The notes beneath the pieces are model-generated. The model searched no databases, was not told where the DNA came from, and saw only the letters and a program-made list of their open reading frames with translations. This document shows, piece after piece, positions 33,991-47,807 of a stretch of DNA of 64,000 nt. The DNA comes from Squalus acanthias (taxonomy: Eukaryota), in NCBI GenBank assembly GCA_030390025.1, contig CM059431.1:149856001-149920000 (forward strand), given 5' to 3'. Both the position numbers and the translations under genes were made by a program. Position 1 is the stretch's first letter. Each line of letters begins with the position of its first letter.

Positions 33991-36080
33991 GAGTGGTACG
34001 AGGTATATCAGTATTACACTGAGTGGTGTGCTGTGTACCCATCCAGAGTGTGGCATGTATCAGAGTGTTACCGTGAATAGTGTGAGGTAAAGCAGAGTGT
34101 TACATTGTGGGTTGTGGGGTATATCAGGGTGTTACAGGGAGCTGTGTGGGGTATATCAGACTGTTAAAGTGAGGGGTGTGCCGATATCAGAGTGTTACAG
34201 TGAGGGTTGTGGGTTATATCAGAGTGTTACAGTGAGTGTTATGGGGTATATCGGAGTGTGTTACATTGAGATGGTGCAGTGTATCAGTGTTTTACAGTGA
34301 TGGGTGTGGGTTATATCATTCTGTTACAGTGAATTGTGTGGGTTATATCAGACAGTTACAGCGAGGTTTGTGGGGGCATATCAGACAGTTACAGCGAGGG
34401 ATCTGGGGGTATATCAGAGTGTTACAATGAGGGGTGTGGGGTATATCAGGTTGGGTTACAGTGAGGGGGGAAGATTATAACAAAGTGTGTGCTACAGTGA
34501 GGGGGATGAGTATATCAGAGTGTTGCCGTGAGAGGTGTGGGGTTCATCAGAGCGTGTTGCAATGCGGTGTGCCGTTATATCAGACTGTTACAGTAGGCGG
34601 TGTGGGGGATATCTGAGTGTTACCATGAGGGGGTTGGGGTATATCAGAGTTTTACCGTGATGGGTGTGGGGTATATCAGTGTGTGTTACAGTGAGGGTTG
34701 CCGGTATATCAGACTATTACAGTGAGCAGCGTGGGGGATATCAGAGTGTTACCATGAGGTGTGTGGGGTATATCAGAGTGTTACACTGAGTGGTGTGAGG
34801 GATATCAGAGTGTTACAGTGGGTGGTGTTGGGTATATCAGTGTGTGTTACAGTGAGAGTTGCCGGTATATCAGACTGTTACAGTGAGCTGTGTGGGGGAT
34901 ATCAGAGTATTACCATGAGGTGTGTGGGTTAAAGCAGAGTGTTAGACTGAGTGGTGTGGGGTATGTCAGAGTGTTACTGGGTTGTGGGATATATCAGAGT
35001 GTTCCACTTAGTGGTGTGGTGTATATCGGATTGTTACATTGAGTGGTGTGGGCTACATCAGAATTTTACAGTCAGTTGTGTGGGATATTTCAGAGTGTTT
35101 CAGTGTGGTGTGTTTCAGAGTGTTACAGTGTTGGTTGTGGAGTATATCAGAGTGTTTTACAGTGAAGGGGTGGAATATATCAGAGTGTTCTACAGTGAGA
35201 GGTACGAGATATATCGGTATTACAGTGAGTGGTATGGGGAGTAACAGCCCAGTATGTGGCATATGTCAGATTGTTACAGTGAGTGGTGTCGGGTGTATGG
35301 GTAGATAGCAGGAATATGGTATTGAGATAAAGGATCAGCCATGATCATATTGAATGGTGGAACAGGTTCAAATGGCCGAATGGCCTACTGCTTCTCCTAT
35401 TTTTCTATGTTTCTTTGGATTTCAGATTGATTTAGTGAAGGGTGTGGGGTATATCAGATTGCGACACTGAGGGGTATGTGGAATATAAGAGAGTGAGAGT
35501 GACAGGTGTGGGCTATATTTAAAGTTTTACAGTGAATGGTGTGCTGTATATCAGATGTTTACAGTGAAGCACTGTGGGAAATCAGAGAGATATAGTGTTG
35601 GGTGTGTATATCAGCATGTCGAAGTGAGTGGTGTAGGGTATATACGAGTGCTTCTGGGGTATGGCATGTAACTGAATGTTACAGTGAGGGTATTGGATAT
35701 ATCATAGTGTTACTTTAAGGGGTGTGGGGTATATCAGAGTGTTACAGTGAGTGTTGTGGTGTATATCAGAGTGTTACAGTGTGTGTTGTGGGGTATATCA
35801 GTGTGTTACAGTGATAGGTGAGGGGTATATCAGTGTGTTACAGTGTGTGGTGTGGGGTATAACAGAGTGTTTCAGAGGGGAGTGTGTGGTATATCTGAAT
35901 GTAACAGTGAGGGGTCTCGCGTATATCAAAGTCTTACAGTGAGGTGAGTGCGGTATGTCAGAGTGTGTCACAGAGAGTGGTGTGGGACAAAACATCATGT
36001 TAAGGGTGTGTGTTTTTTTATAGTGTTACAGTGATTGGTGTGGGGTATGTCAGAGAGTGTTACTCTGAATGGTATGGGAT
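33990..36080. repeat. Minisatellite A in reverse orientation, with a CR1 tail fragment at about 35300-35415
   Basis: GGTGTGGGGTATATCAGAGTGTTACAGTGAG units. Confidence 0.9.
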
Positions 36081-36907
36081 ATGACAGAGATACAGAGTAA
36101 AGCTCCCTCTACACTGTACCATCAAACACGTCCAGGGCACATGCTGCTCTGGTGAAACACAGAATATAGCTTCCTCTGCACTGTCCCACCAAACAATGCC
36201 ACGATAGTTACAGCATTAGTTAGATCGAGAATAAACCTCGCTTGACACTGTCCCATCAAAATTCCCAGGGTAGTTACATCATGGGTTAGATATAGATTAA
36301 AGCTCCCAGTTGCAAATCCAGGTTCCGGGATAGGGAAGCAAAACGTTACCGTATTGTGACGTCACCAAAAAGCAGGTAAGTGATTGGTTGGTGAGTGTTT
36401 ACTTTCTCTATTTTTCTAAACTTACATTTTGTGGTTTCTATGGTCTCTTTTTGTAGTGGAGACTACTGTTAAGCAAGGGCGCTTGAGTATAACAATTAAT
36501 TCCAGTGTAATTGATGGGATCCATTTAATTTAAATTTATTATTAATTAATTAATTAATTAAATGGTTAGTCATGGCAGGACAGCTCGGTGCTGTGACATG
36601 CTCTTGCTGCACTATGTGGGAAATCAGGGACACTTCCTGTGTCCCTGACAACCATGTGTGCTGGAGGTGTATTCAGCTGCAGCTACTGACAGACCACATT
36701 GCGGCGCTGGAGCTGCGGATGGATGCATACTGGAGCATTCGCGATGCTGAGGACATCGTGGATAGGGAGTTGGTCACACCGCAGGTAAAGGGTGTACCGG
36801 CAGGAAGGGAATGGGTGACCACCAGGCAGAGTAAAAGGTGCAGGCAGGTAGTGCAGGGGTCCCCTTGTGGCCATCCCCCTCCCAAACAGATATACCGCTC
36901 CAGATAT

Positions 36908-37322
36908 ACCTCTGGACTCAATATCGAGTTCAACAATTTTAGATCATAACCTCAGCTCCAATCACATTTATATTTTATTTTATCCACCCTTTTATTTGTC
37001 CCCCCCACCTTTTTTTTCCTCCTAGAAGCTGGCAGCTGTCCTTCATTCTGCCAGTAGATTTCACACTTCATTCAGCCTTAATCTGTCACATTAACACCAC
37101 CTCTAGCCTTGCATATCTCTTAATGTCTCTTAATGTCTCTTCATCTCCTCCTTTGTTCCTTTATCCCCTTCCCCTTTTCCCAGCTTTACCCTGGCCTTAA
37201 ATCTATTTGATTTCCAGCTCTTCCCAGTTCTGATGAAAGGTCATCGACCTGAAACGTCAACTCTCTTGCTCTCTCCACGGATGCTGCCTGGCCTGCTGAG
37301 TTTTTCCAGCGTTTTCTGTTGT
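36908..37322 (+). mobile_element. Penelope 3' fragment inserted in CR1 ORF1
   Basis: SGLNIEFNNFRS C-terminus; imperfect 17-bp target duplication TATACCGCTYYAGATAT (36891-36907 and 37323-37339). Confidence 0.85.
37226..37262 (+). ncRNA. Minimal type I hammerhead ribozyme motif (Penelope-associated)
   Basis: AGTT-CTGATGA-A-AGGTC-ATC-GACCT-GAAA-CG-TC-AACT: full catalytic core, 5-bp stem II, 4-bp stem I. Confidence 0.75.
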
Positions 37323-40300
37323 TATACCGCTTTAGATATTGTTGAGGGAGATGGCTTATCAGGGAAAGACAGCAGCAGTCAACTTCTGAGCACCGTAGGT
37401 GGTTCTGCTGCACAGGATGGGAGGAAAAAGAGTAGGAGAGCTATAGTGATAGGGGATTCTATTGTATGGGGAATAGATAGGCGTTTCTGCGGCCGCAAAC
37501 GAGACTCCAGGATGGTATATTGCCTTCCTGGTGCAAGTTTCAAGGATGTCTCAGAGCGGCTACAGAGCATTTTGGAAGGGGAGGGTGAACAGCCAGTTGT
37601 TGTGGTGCATATAGGTACCAACGATATAGGAAAAAACTGGATGAGGTCCTAAAAGCAGAATATAGGGAGTTAGGAGGTAAATTAAAAAATAGGACCTCAA
37701 AGGTAGTAATCTCAGGATTGCTACCAGTGCCACGTGCTAGTCAGAGTAGAAATAGAAGGATATTTCAAATGAATATGTGGCTCGAGGAATGGTGCAAGGG
37801 GGAGGGATACAAATTCCTCCGGCATTGGAACCGGTTCTGGGGGAGGTGGGACCAGTACAAACCGCACGGTCTGCACCTGGGCAGGGCCGGGACCGATGTC
37901 CTTGGGGGAGTGTTTGCTAGTGCTCTGGGGGAGGGTTTAAACTAAAATGGCAGGGGGATGGGAACCTGAGCAAGGAGACAGAGGAAAGGGAAACTAGGAT
38001 AAAAGCAAAAGATAGGTAGGAGAAAAACAAAAGTGGCAGTCAGTGAAAACAACGGTTTAAATCAAACATGGCCACAGTAAATACTAATTCTAATAGATCT
38101 AAGAGCTGTAAAAAAAACAAGCCTGAAGGCTTTGTGTCTTAATGCAAGGATCATTCGGAACGTGGTGGATGAATTAGCTGCGCATATATAGGTAAACGAA
38201 TATAATTTTATTGGGATTACCGAAACATGGCTCCAGGCTGGCCAAGACTGAGAACTCAACATCCAGGGGTACTCAATATTCACGAACAATAGGCAAAAAG
38301 GAAAGGGAGGTGGGGTTGCTTTGCTGGTTGAAGAGAGGATTAACACAACTGAAAGGAAGGATATTAGCTCTGATGATGTGGAATCTGTATGGTTTGAACT
38401 GAGATATTACAAGAGGCAGAAAACGTTAGTGGGAGTGATATATAGACCTCCAAACAATAATGCGGAGGTTGGGAATGGCATTAAAAGGGAAAATAGAGAA
38501 GCGTGCAATAAGGGCACAGCAGTCTTCATGGGTGACTTTAATGTACAAATAGATTGGGCTAACCAAATTAGTAACAATACTATGGAGGAGGAAATCCTGG
38601 AGTGTTTACGGGATGGTTTCCTGGAACAATATGCCGAGGAACCAACCAGAGATCAGGCCATCTTAGACTGGGTATTATGCAATGAGAAAGGATTAATTAG
38701 CAATCTTGTTGTGCGAGGCCCCTTGGGTCGGAGCGATCAGACTATGATATAAATCTTCTTTAGGATGGAGAGTGAAGTAGTTGACTCAGAGACTAGGGTC
38801 CTGCATTTAAATAAAGGAAACTACGATGGTATGAGGTGCGAGTTGGGTAGGATTGATTCGGGAATGTCACTCAAAGGGTTGACGGTGGATAGGCAATGGC
38901 AAACATTGAAAGACCACATGGACGAACTACAGAATTTGTTCATCCCAGTTTGGCATAAGAATAAAGCAAAAAGGGTGAAACAACCGTGGCTAACAAGGGA
39001 AATTAGGGATAGCATAAAATCCAAGGAGAGGGCATATAAATTGGCCAGAAAAAGCTGTAACCCTGAGGATAGGGAGCATTTTAAGATTAAACAAAGGAGG
39101 ACAAAGGGATTAATTAAGAAGGGGAAAAGAGAATACGAGAGTATGCTTGCAGGGAACATGAAAACTGAGTGTAAAAGCTTTTATAGATATGTGAAGAGAA
39201 AAAGATTAGTGAAATCAAGCATAGGTCCCTTGCAGTCAGAATCAGTGGAACTTATAATGGGGAACAAAGAAATGTCAGCCCATTGAAATAGATATTTTGA
39301 TTCTGTCTTCGCAAAGGAGGACACAAATAATATCCCAGAGATGTTGGGTAACATAGGGTCTGATGAAAGGGTGGAACTGAAAGAAATCAGTATTTGTAGG
39401 CAAATGGTGTTAGGGAAATTGAAGGGATTGAAGGCCGATAAGTCCCCAGGGCCTGATAATCTATATCCTAGGGTACTAAAGGAAGTGACCCTATAAATAG
39501 TAGATGCATTGCTGATCATCTTCCAACATTCGATGGGATCTGGAGCAGTTCCCATGGATTGGAGGGTAGCTTATGTTACCCAACAATTCAAAAAGGGTGG
39601 TAGAGAGAAAACGGGGAATTACAGACTGGTAAGTCTGACATCGGTAGAGGGGAAAATGCTAGAGGCCATTCTAAAAGATGTAATAGCTGAGCACTTGGAA
39701 AACAGTGACAGAATCAGAGAAATACAACATGGATTTACAAAAGGTAAATCATGCTTGACTAATCTACTGCAATTTTTTGAGGATGTAACTGGTGAAATAG
39801 ATAAGGGAGAACCAGTGGATGTGGTGTATTTGGACTTCCAAAAGGCTTTGGATAAGGTCCCGCATAAGAGATTAGCGTGTAAAGTTAAGGCACATGGGAT
39901 TGGGGGCAAGTTATTGACTTGGATAGGGAACTGGTTGGCAGACAGAAAGCAAAGAGTTGGAATAAACGGGTCTTTTCTCCGAGTGCAGGCAGTGACTAGA
40001 GGGGTACCGGAGGGATCGGTGCTTGGATCCCAGCTATTCACAATATATATTAATGATCTAGACAAGGGAACTAGATGTAATATCTCCAACTTTGCAGACG
40101 ACAGAAAACTGGGTGGGCGTGTGTGCTGCGAGGAGGATGCCGAGAAACTCCAGGATGATTTGAACAAGTTGCGTGATTGGGCAGAAGCGTGGCAGAAGCA
40201 ATATAACGTGGATAAATGCGAGGTAATACACTTTGGTGTCAAAAACAGAAAGGCAGATTATAATTTGAATGGCAATAGATTGGGAGAAGGGGAAGTGCAA

Positions 40301-41319
40301 CGAGACCTGGTTGTCCTTGTGCACCAGTCGCTGAAGGTAAGCATGCAGGTGCAGCAGACGGTAAAGAAGGCAAATGGTATGTTGGCCTTCATAGCGAGAG
40401 GGTTTGAGTACAAGAACAGGGATGTCTTGCTGCAGCTGTACAGGGCCTTGATGAGACCACACCTTGAGTACTGTGTGCAGTTTTCGTCGACTTATCTGAG
40501 GAAGGATATTCTTGCCGTGGACGGAGTTCAGCGAAGATTCACAAGGCTGATACCTGGGATGGCAGGCATGACGTTTGAAGAGAGATTGGATCGTTTGGGC
40601 TTATACTCGCTGGAGTTTAGAAGTATGAGAGGGGATTTCATTGAAACTTATAAAATTCTGACAGGAGAGGAAAAACTAGATGCATGAAGGACGTTCCCGA
40701 TGGTCGGGGAGTCCAGAACCAGGGGTCACAGTCTAAGGATAAGGGGAAAGCCATTTAGGACAGAAATGAGGAGGAATTTCTTCACCCAGAGAGTGGTGAA
40801 CCTGTGGAATTTTCTTCCACAGAAGGCAGTAGAGTCCAATTCATTAAATAGATTCAAGAAGGAGTTGGATATATTTCTTAAGGCTAAAGGGATCAATGGA
40901 TATAGGGAGAAAGCAGGTGCAGGGTACTGAATTTGGATGATCAGCCATGATCGCATTGAATGACGGAGCAGGCTAGAGGGGCCGAATGGCCTATTCTGCT
41001 CCTATCTTCTATGATTCTATGTTTCTACACTGTCCCATTAAACCTCCCAAAACAGGTACAGCACTGGTTCGATACAGCCTAAACCTCCCTCTACAATGTA
41101 CCATCAAATGCTCCCAGGGCCTGTGCAGCACGGGTTAGATACAGAGTAATGCTGCCTCTACACTGTCACTTCAAACAATCCCAGGGCACGTACTGCTCTG
41201 GTGAAATACAGAGTAAAGTTTCCCACTGCACTGTCCCATCAAACACTCCCACGATATGTACAGCAGAGATTAGATACAGAGTAAATCTCCCTTTACTCTC
41301 CCCATCAAGCACGCCCAGG

Positions 41320-42290
41320 GCACCATCTTCAGCTGCTTCATCAATGAACCTCCCTCCAACATAAGTTAAGAAATGGGGATGTTCGCTGATGACTGCACTG
41401 GTTTCAGTGCCATTCACAGCTGCTCAGATAATGAAGCATTCCATGCCCGCATGCAACAAGACCTGGACGACTTTCAGACTTGGGATGATAAGTGGCAGGT
41501 AACATTCGCGCCACAGAAGTGCCAGACAATGACTATCTCCAACAACGAGAGTCTAACTACCGCCCCTTGACATTCAATGCCATTACTATCGCTGAATCCC
41601 ACAACATCAACATCCTGGGTGGCACCATTGATCAGAAACTTAACTGGACCAGCCACATAAATATTTTAGCAACAAGAGCAGGTCAGAGGCTAGTTATTCT
41701 GCTGCGAGTGTCTCACGTCCTGACTCCCCAAAGCCTTTCCACCATCTACAAGGCACAAGTAAGGAGTGTGATGGAATACGTTCCACTTGCCTGGATGAGT
41801 GTAGCTCCAACAACAGTCAAGAAGCTCGAAACAATACAGCACAAAGCAGCCTGCTTGATTGGCACCCCATCCACCACATTAAACATTCACTCCCTCCACT
41901 ACTGGCGTACCGTGGTTGCTGGTTGCAGTGTATACCATCTCCAAAATGCATTGCAGCAACTCGCCAATGCATCTTCGGCAGCACCTCCCAAACCTGCAAC
42001 CTGTTCCAACTAGCAGGGCAAGGGCAGCAAGCGCATGGGAACACCACCTCAAAAGTTCCCCTCCAAGTCACATACCTTGCTGACTCAGAAGCATATCTCC
42101 GATCCTTCATCGTCGCTGGGTCAAAATCCTGGAACTGCCTACCTAACAGCACCCTGGGAGTAAATTCACCACACGGACTGCAACGGTTGAAGAAGGCGTC
42201 TCACAACCACCATCTTAAGGGCAATTAGAGATGGGCAATAAATGCGGGCCTTGCCAGCTGCGCCCACATCCCATAAAGAAACGAGTAAAG
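41320..42290 (+). mobile_element. Family B non-LTR retrotransposon, 3' fragment
   Basis: MFADDCT, WQVTFAPQKCQ, IYKAQVRSVMEY; tail GGGCAATAAATGCGGGCC...CACATCCCA. Confidence 0.85.
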
Positions 42291-43329
42291 AAATAAACTG
42301 TCACATCAAATAGTTCCAGGGCAAAGTACAGCACGGAGGAATACCTAGTAAAGCTCCCACTGCACTGTCCCGTCAATCACTCCCAGCGCACGTACAGCAC
42401 TGGTTAGATACAGATTTAAGCTCCCTCTACGCTTTCCCATCTAACACTCCCAGGGCAGGCAGAGCACGGGTTTGATATAGACTAAATCTCCTTTCACACT
42501 GTCCCATCTAACTGTCACAGGGCATGCAACTCAATGGTTGATAAAGGTAAAGCTTCCTCGACATTGTACCAGCAAACTCGCACAGGGCACGTACAGCACT
42601 GGTTAGATATAGAGCAAAGCTCCCTGTACACTCTCCCAACAAGCACACCCAGGGCAGGTACAACAAGGGTTAGATACAGAGTGAAGCTCCCTCTACACTG
42701 CCCCATCAAACACTCCCAGTGCAATTAAAGCACGGGTTAGATACAGAGTAAAGCTCCCTCGAACCTGCCCCATCAAAAACTACCAGGGTTAATACAGCAC
42801 GGGTTAGATACGGAGTAAAGATCACTCGACACTGTCCCATCAGGCACTCCCAGAGCATGTAAAGCAATGGTTAGATAAAGAGCAAGGCTTACTCCACATT
42901 GTCCGATCAAACACGCCCATGGCACGGATAGCACAGGTTAGATACAGAGTAAATCTCGCTCTGTACTGTTACATCAAACACTCCCAGGGCACGTGCAGCA
43001 CTGGTGCAACGCAGAGTAAAGCTTCCTCTGCACTGTCCCATCAATCACTCCCAGTATAGGTACAGCATGAGTTAGATAGAGAGGAAATCTCTTTGAACAA
43101 TGACCCATCTAACACTCCTTAAGCAGGTAGAGCATGTTTAGATACAGAGTAAATCTTCCTCTGCTCTGTCCCATCAAACAGTCCATGGGGAGGTACATCA
43201 CGGTTCAGATAGAGAGTAAAGCTCACTCCAAACTGCTCCATCAAACACTCGCAGGGCAGGTACAGCTCGGGTTAGATACAGAGTAAGTCGCCCTCTACAC
43301 TCCCACGTCAAACACACCCAGCGAAGGGC

Positions 43330-45960
43330 AAGCAACATTGACTCCAGACCCCAAGAAGACTCATAGATTCAGGTCAAGAATGGGCAAGGAATCCTCCTGC
43401 TGATTTCCACATACCGGCCTCCCTCAGCAGATGCATCAGTACTCCTCCATGTTGAACACCACTTGGAAGAAGCTCTGAGAGTAGCAAGGGCACAGTATGA
43501 ACTCTGGGTGCTGGACTTCAATGTCCATCACTAGGAGTGGCTCGGTAGCTCCACTACTGACCGAGCTGGCCGAATCCTGAAGGACATGGCAGTCTGGGCC
43601 TGCGACAAGAGGTCAGAGAACCAACATGAGTCAAATATTTACTTCACCTCGTCCTCACCAATCTACCTGTCGCAGATGCATCTGTCCATGACAGCCTTGC
43701 TTAATGCAACCATCGCACAGTAATTGTGGAGAAGAAGTCGCGTCCTCCCACTGAGGACACCCTCCATCGTGTTGTGTAGCACTACCACTTTGCTAAATGG
43801 GATAGATTCAGAACAGATCTAGCATCGCAAAACTGGTCATCCATGAGGCACTATGGGACATCAGCAGCAGCAGAATTGTATTCCACCACAATCTGTAAAC
43901 ACATGGCCCGGCATATCTCTCACTCTACCATTACCATCAAGCCAGGGGACCAATCCTAGTTCAATAAGGAGTGTAGCAGAGCATGCTGGGTGCATCACCA
44001 GGCGCACCTAAAAATGAGGTGCCAACCTGGTGAAGCTGCAACACAGGACTACATGCATGCTAAAAAGCGGAAACAGCATGCTATTGACAGAGCTAAGCGA
44101 TCCCACAATCAACGGATCAGATCAAAGTTCTGCAGTCCTGCCATATCCAATCCCGAATGGTGGTGGACCATTAAACAACTAACGGGAGCTGGAGGCTCCA
44201 TGAATATCCGCATCCTCAATGACGGTAGCGCCCAAGGCGTGAGTACAAAAGACAAGGCTAAAGTATTATGAACCGTCTTCGGCCAGAAGTGCAGAGTGGA
44301 TGATACATATCGGCCAACTCCTGAGGCCCGCACCTTCACAGAAGCTAGTCTACAGCCAATTCGATTCACTCCACCTGACATCAAGAAACTACTGAGCACT
44401 CTCGGTACAGCATAGGCTATGGGCCCCGACAACATCCCGGCTATCGTGCTAAAGACTTGTGCTCCATAACTAGCCGCGCCTCTAGCCAAGCTGTTCCATT
44501 GCAGCTACAACACTGGCATCTAGCCGACATTGTGGAAAACTACCCATGTATGTACTGTCCACAAAAAGCAGGTCAAATCCAACCCGGCCAATTACCGCCC
44601 CACCAGTCTATTCTCAATCATCAGCAAAGTGATGGAAGGTGTCATCGACAGTGCTATCAAGCGGCACATACTCACCAATTACCTACTCACTGATGCCCAG
44701 TTTGGGTTCCGCCAAGACCACTCGGCTCCGGACCTCATTACAGCCTTGGTCCAAATATGGAGAAAGTAGCTGAATTCCACAGGTGAGGTGAGAGTGACTG
44801 ACCTTCACATCAAGGCAGCATTTGACAGAGTCTGGCATCAAGGAGCCCTAGTAAAATTGAATTCATTGGGAATCAGGGGGAAAACGCTCCACTGGCTGGA
44901 GTCACACCTAGTACAATGTAAGATGATTGTGGTGATTGAAGGTCAGTCATCACAGTCCCAGGACTTCGCTGCAAGAGTTCCTCAGGGCAGTGTCCTAGGC
45001 CCAACCATCTTCAGCTGCTTCATTAATGATCTTCCTCCAACATAAGATGAGAAATGGGAATGTTCGCTGATGACTGCACAGTGTTCCTTCCATTCACAAA
45101 TCCTCAGATAATGATTCAGTCCATGCCCGCATGCAACAAGACCTGGACTACGTTCAGGCTTGGACTGATAAGTGGCAGGTAACATTCGCGCCACAGAAGT
45201 GCCAGGGAATGAGTATCTCCAACAAGCGAGAGTCTAACCACCGCTCCTTGACATTCAACTGCGTTACCATCACCGAATCCCCCACCATCAACAATTGGGG
45301 GTCACCATTGACCAGAAACTTAACTGGATCAGCCACATAAATACTGTGGCAACAAGAGCAGGTCAGAGGTTAGGTATTCTGCGCCGAGTGTCTCACCTCC
45401 TGTATCACCAAACCCATTCCAACATTTACAAGGCACAAGTAAGGAGTGTGATGGAATACTCTCCAATTGCCTAGTTGAGTGCAGCTCCAACAACACTCAA
45501 GAAACACGACACCATCAGAGACAAAGCAGCCCGCTTGGTTGTCACCCAAGCAACCACCTTAAACATTCACTCTCTCCAGCACCGGCTAACCGTGGCTACA
45601 GTGTGTGCCATCTACAAGATGCACTGCAGCACCTCGCCAAGTCTTCTTCGGAAGCACCTCACAAACAGGCGACGTATGCTAGCTCGTAGGACAAGGGCAG
45701 CAGGCGCATGAGATCAGCACCATCACCAAGTCACCTCCAAGTCACACACGATACTGATTTAGAAATATGACGCCGATCCTTTTTCGTCACTGGGTCAAAA
45801 TCCTGGAAATCCCTCTCAACAGCACTGTGGGAATACCTTCAGTACATGGACTGCAGCGTTTTTAGAAGGCGGCAACCCATCGCCTTCGCGAGGGCAATTA
45901 TGGCTGTGCCATAATTGCTGGACTTTCCAGGGACGACAAATCCCAGCCACGAATTGTTTA
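43330..45960 (+). mobile_element. Family B non-LTR retrotransposon (EN + RT), decayed
   Basis: YRPP and DFNVHH (EN); NPANYRP, AAFDRVWH, VPQGSVLGP, FADD (RT), with stops and frameshifts. Confidence 0.88.
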
Positions 45961-45962
45961 AA

Positions 45963-47745
45963 AATACTGGCCCTCCGACACTGCAGCACTCCCTCAGTAC
46001 TACCCCTCCGACAGTGCAGCGCTCCCGCAGTACTGCCACTCCCACAGAGGAGCGCTCCCTCAATACTGGCTCTCCGAATGGGCACCGCTCGCTCTGTACT
46101 GCGCCTCCCACAGTGAAGCACACCCTCAGTACTGCCCCTCCGACACTGGAGTGCTCCCTCAGTACTGCCCCTCCAACAGTGCGGTGCTCCCTCAGTACTC
46201 CCCTCCGACAGTGCAGTGCACCCTCAGTAGTGTTCCTCCTACTGCACAGTACTTGTTCTGTATTGCCTCTCCAACAGTGCTGCGCTCCCTCAGTACTGAT
46301 CCTCCGACAGTGCAGTGCTCCAACAAATCTGCCCCTCTGACAGTGCAGCGCTCCGTTAGTACTGATTTTCCGACAGAGCAGCACTCCCTCAGTACCGCCC
46401 CTCCGACAGTGCAGTGCTCCCTCAGTACTGACCCTCCGACAGTGCTGTGCTCCCTCAATTGTGCCCCTCTGACAGTGCAGCAATCTGTTAGTACTTTCCC
46501 TCCGACAGTGCAGCTCTCCCTCCGTACCGCACTTCCGGCAGTGCAGCGCTCCTTCAGTACTGAAGCTTCGTCAGTGCCACGCTCCCTCAGTACTGCCACT
46601 CTGACAGTGCAGCGCTCCCTCATTACTGACACTCCGACAGTGCAATGCTCCCTCAATTATGTCCCTCTGACAGTGCAGCGCTACGTTAGTACAGATCCTC
46701 CGACAGTGCAGCACTCACTCAGAAACACCCCTCCGACAGTGCAGCACTCCCTCAGTACTGATCCTTCGACAGTACAGTGCTCTCACAATACTGCCCCTCT
46801 GAAAGTGCAACGCTCCATTAGTACTGTCCCTCCGACAGTGCAGCACTCCCTCAGTACTGATCCTTCGACAGTATAGTGCTCTCACAATACTGCCCCTCTG
46901 ACAGTGCAACGCTCCATTAGTACTGTCCCTCCGACAGTGCAGCACTCCATCAGTATCGCCGCTCAAACAGTGCAGCGCCCCCTCTGTACCGCACTTCCGG
47001 CAGTGCAGTGCTCCTTCAGTACTACTGCTTCGACAAACCTGCACTCCCTCAGAACTGCCACACTGACAGTGTAGCGTTCCCTTAGTACCGCCCTCCCACA
47101 GTGCAGTGCTCCCTCAGTACTGCCCCTCTGACAGTGCAGCGCTCCATCAGTACTGTCCCACCGACAATGCATCGTTCCCTCAATAATGCTCTTCCAACAT
47201 GGCAGCGCTCCGTCTGTGCTGCCCATCAGACAGTGCAGCGCTTAATCAGTACTTCCCATTCGACAGTGTGGCACTCCCTATGTACTGTCCTCCGACAGAA
47301 CAGCGCTCATTCAGTACTGCCCCTCTGACAGTGCAGCTCCCCTCAGTACATCCCCTCCGACAGTGAAGCACTCCCTCAGTACTGCCCCTCCGACAGTGCA
47401 GCGCTCCCTCGGTACTGCTCCTCTGACAGTGCAGTGTTCCTCAGTACTGATCCTCCGACAGTGCAGCGATCCCTCGGTATTGCCCCTCTGACAGTGCAGC
47501 GCTCGCTCAATACTGCAACTCCGACAGTGCAGCGCTTACTCGGTACTGCCCCTCTGACAGTGCAGCGTTTCCTCAGTACTGCCCTCCAACAGTGCAGCGC
47601 TCCCTCAGTACGGACCCTCTGAGAATGCAGCAGTCTCTCATTACCGCCCCTCCGACATTGCAGTGCTCCCTTAGTACCGTCCCTCCGACTGTGAAGCGCT
47701 TCTTCAGTACTGCCCCCGCCTCCCGGCAGTTCAGCGCTCCCTCAG
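45963..47745. repeat. Minisatellite C, 33-bp unit (CAGTACTGCCCCTCCGACAGTGCAGCGCTCCCT), over 50 units
   Basis: Directly visible; same unit as inside the SINEs at 24770 and 52370. Confidence 0.92.
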
Positions 47746-47807
47746 CTCTGCCCCTCGGCTGCCGAATAGTTTCTATGGAAAAGAGAGGGATTATGGGATG
47801 GACGTAC

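Larger units (their letters stand above)
36308..41024 (+). mobile_element. Full-length but decayed CR1 LINE
   Basis: 5' UTR, ORF1 from 36572 (MAGQLGAVTCSCCTMWE; esterase to 37945), ORF2 about 37947-40930 with stops, 392-aa RT segment, tail TTCTATG. The satellite unit AAAGCTCCC|TACACTGTCC rejoins across it. Confidence 0.92.
36090..43320. repeat. Minisatellite D, about 67-bp unit, in blocks at about 36090-36307, 41025-41320 and 42297-43320
   Basis: Unit GGTTAGATACAGAGTAAAGCTCCCTCTACACTGTCCCATCAAACACTCCCAGGGCAGGTACAGCAC; blocks separated by LINE insertions. Confidence 0.9.
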
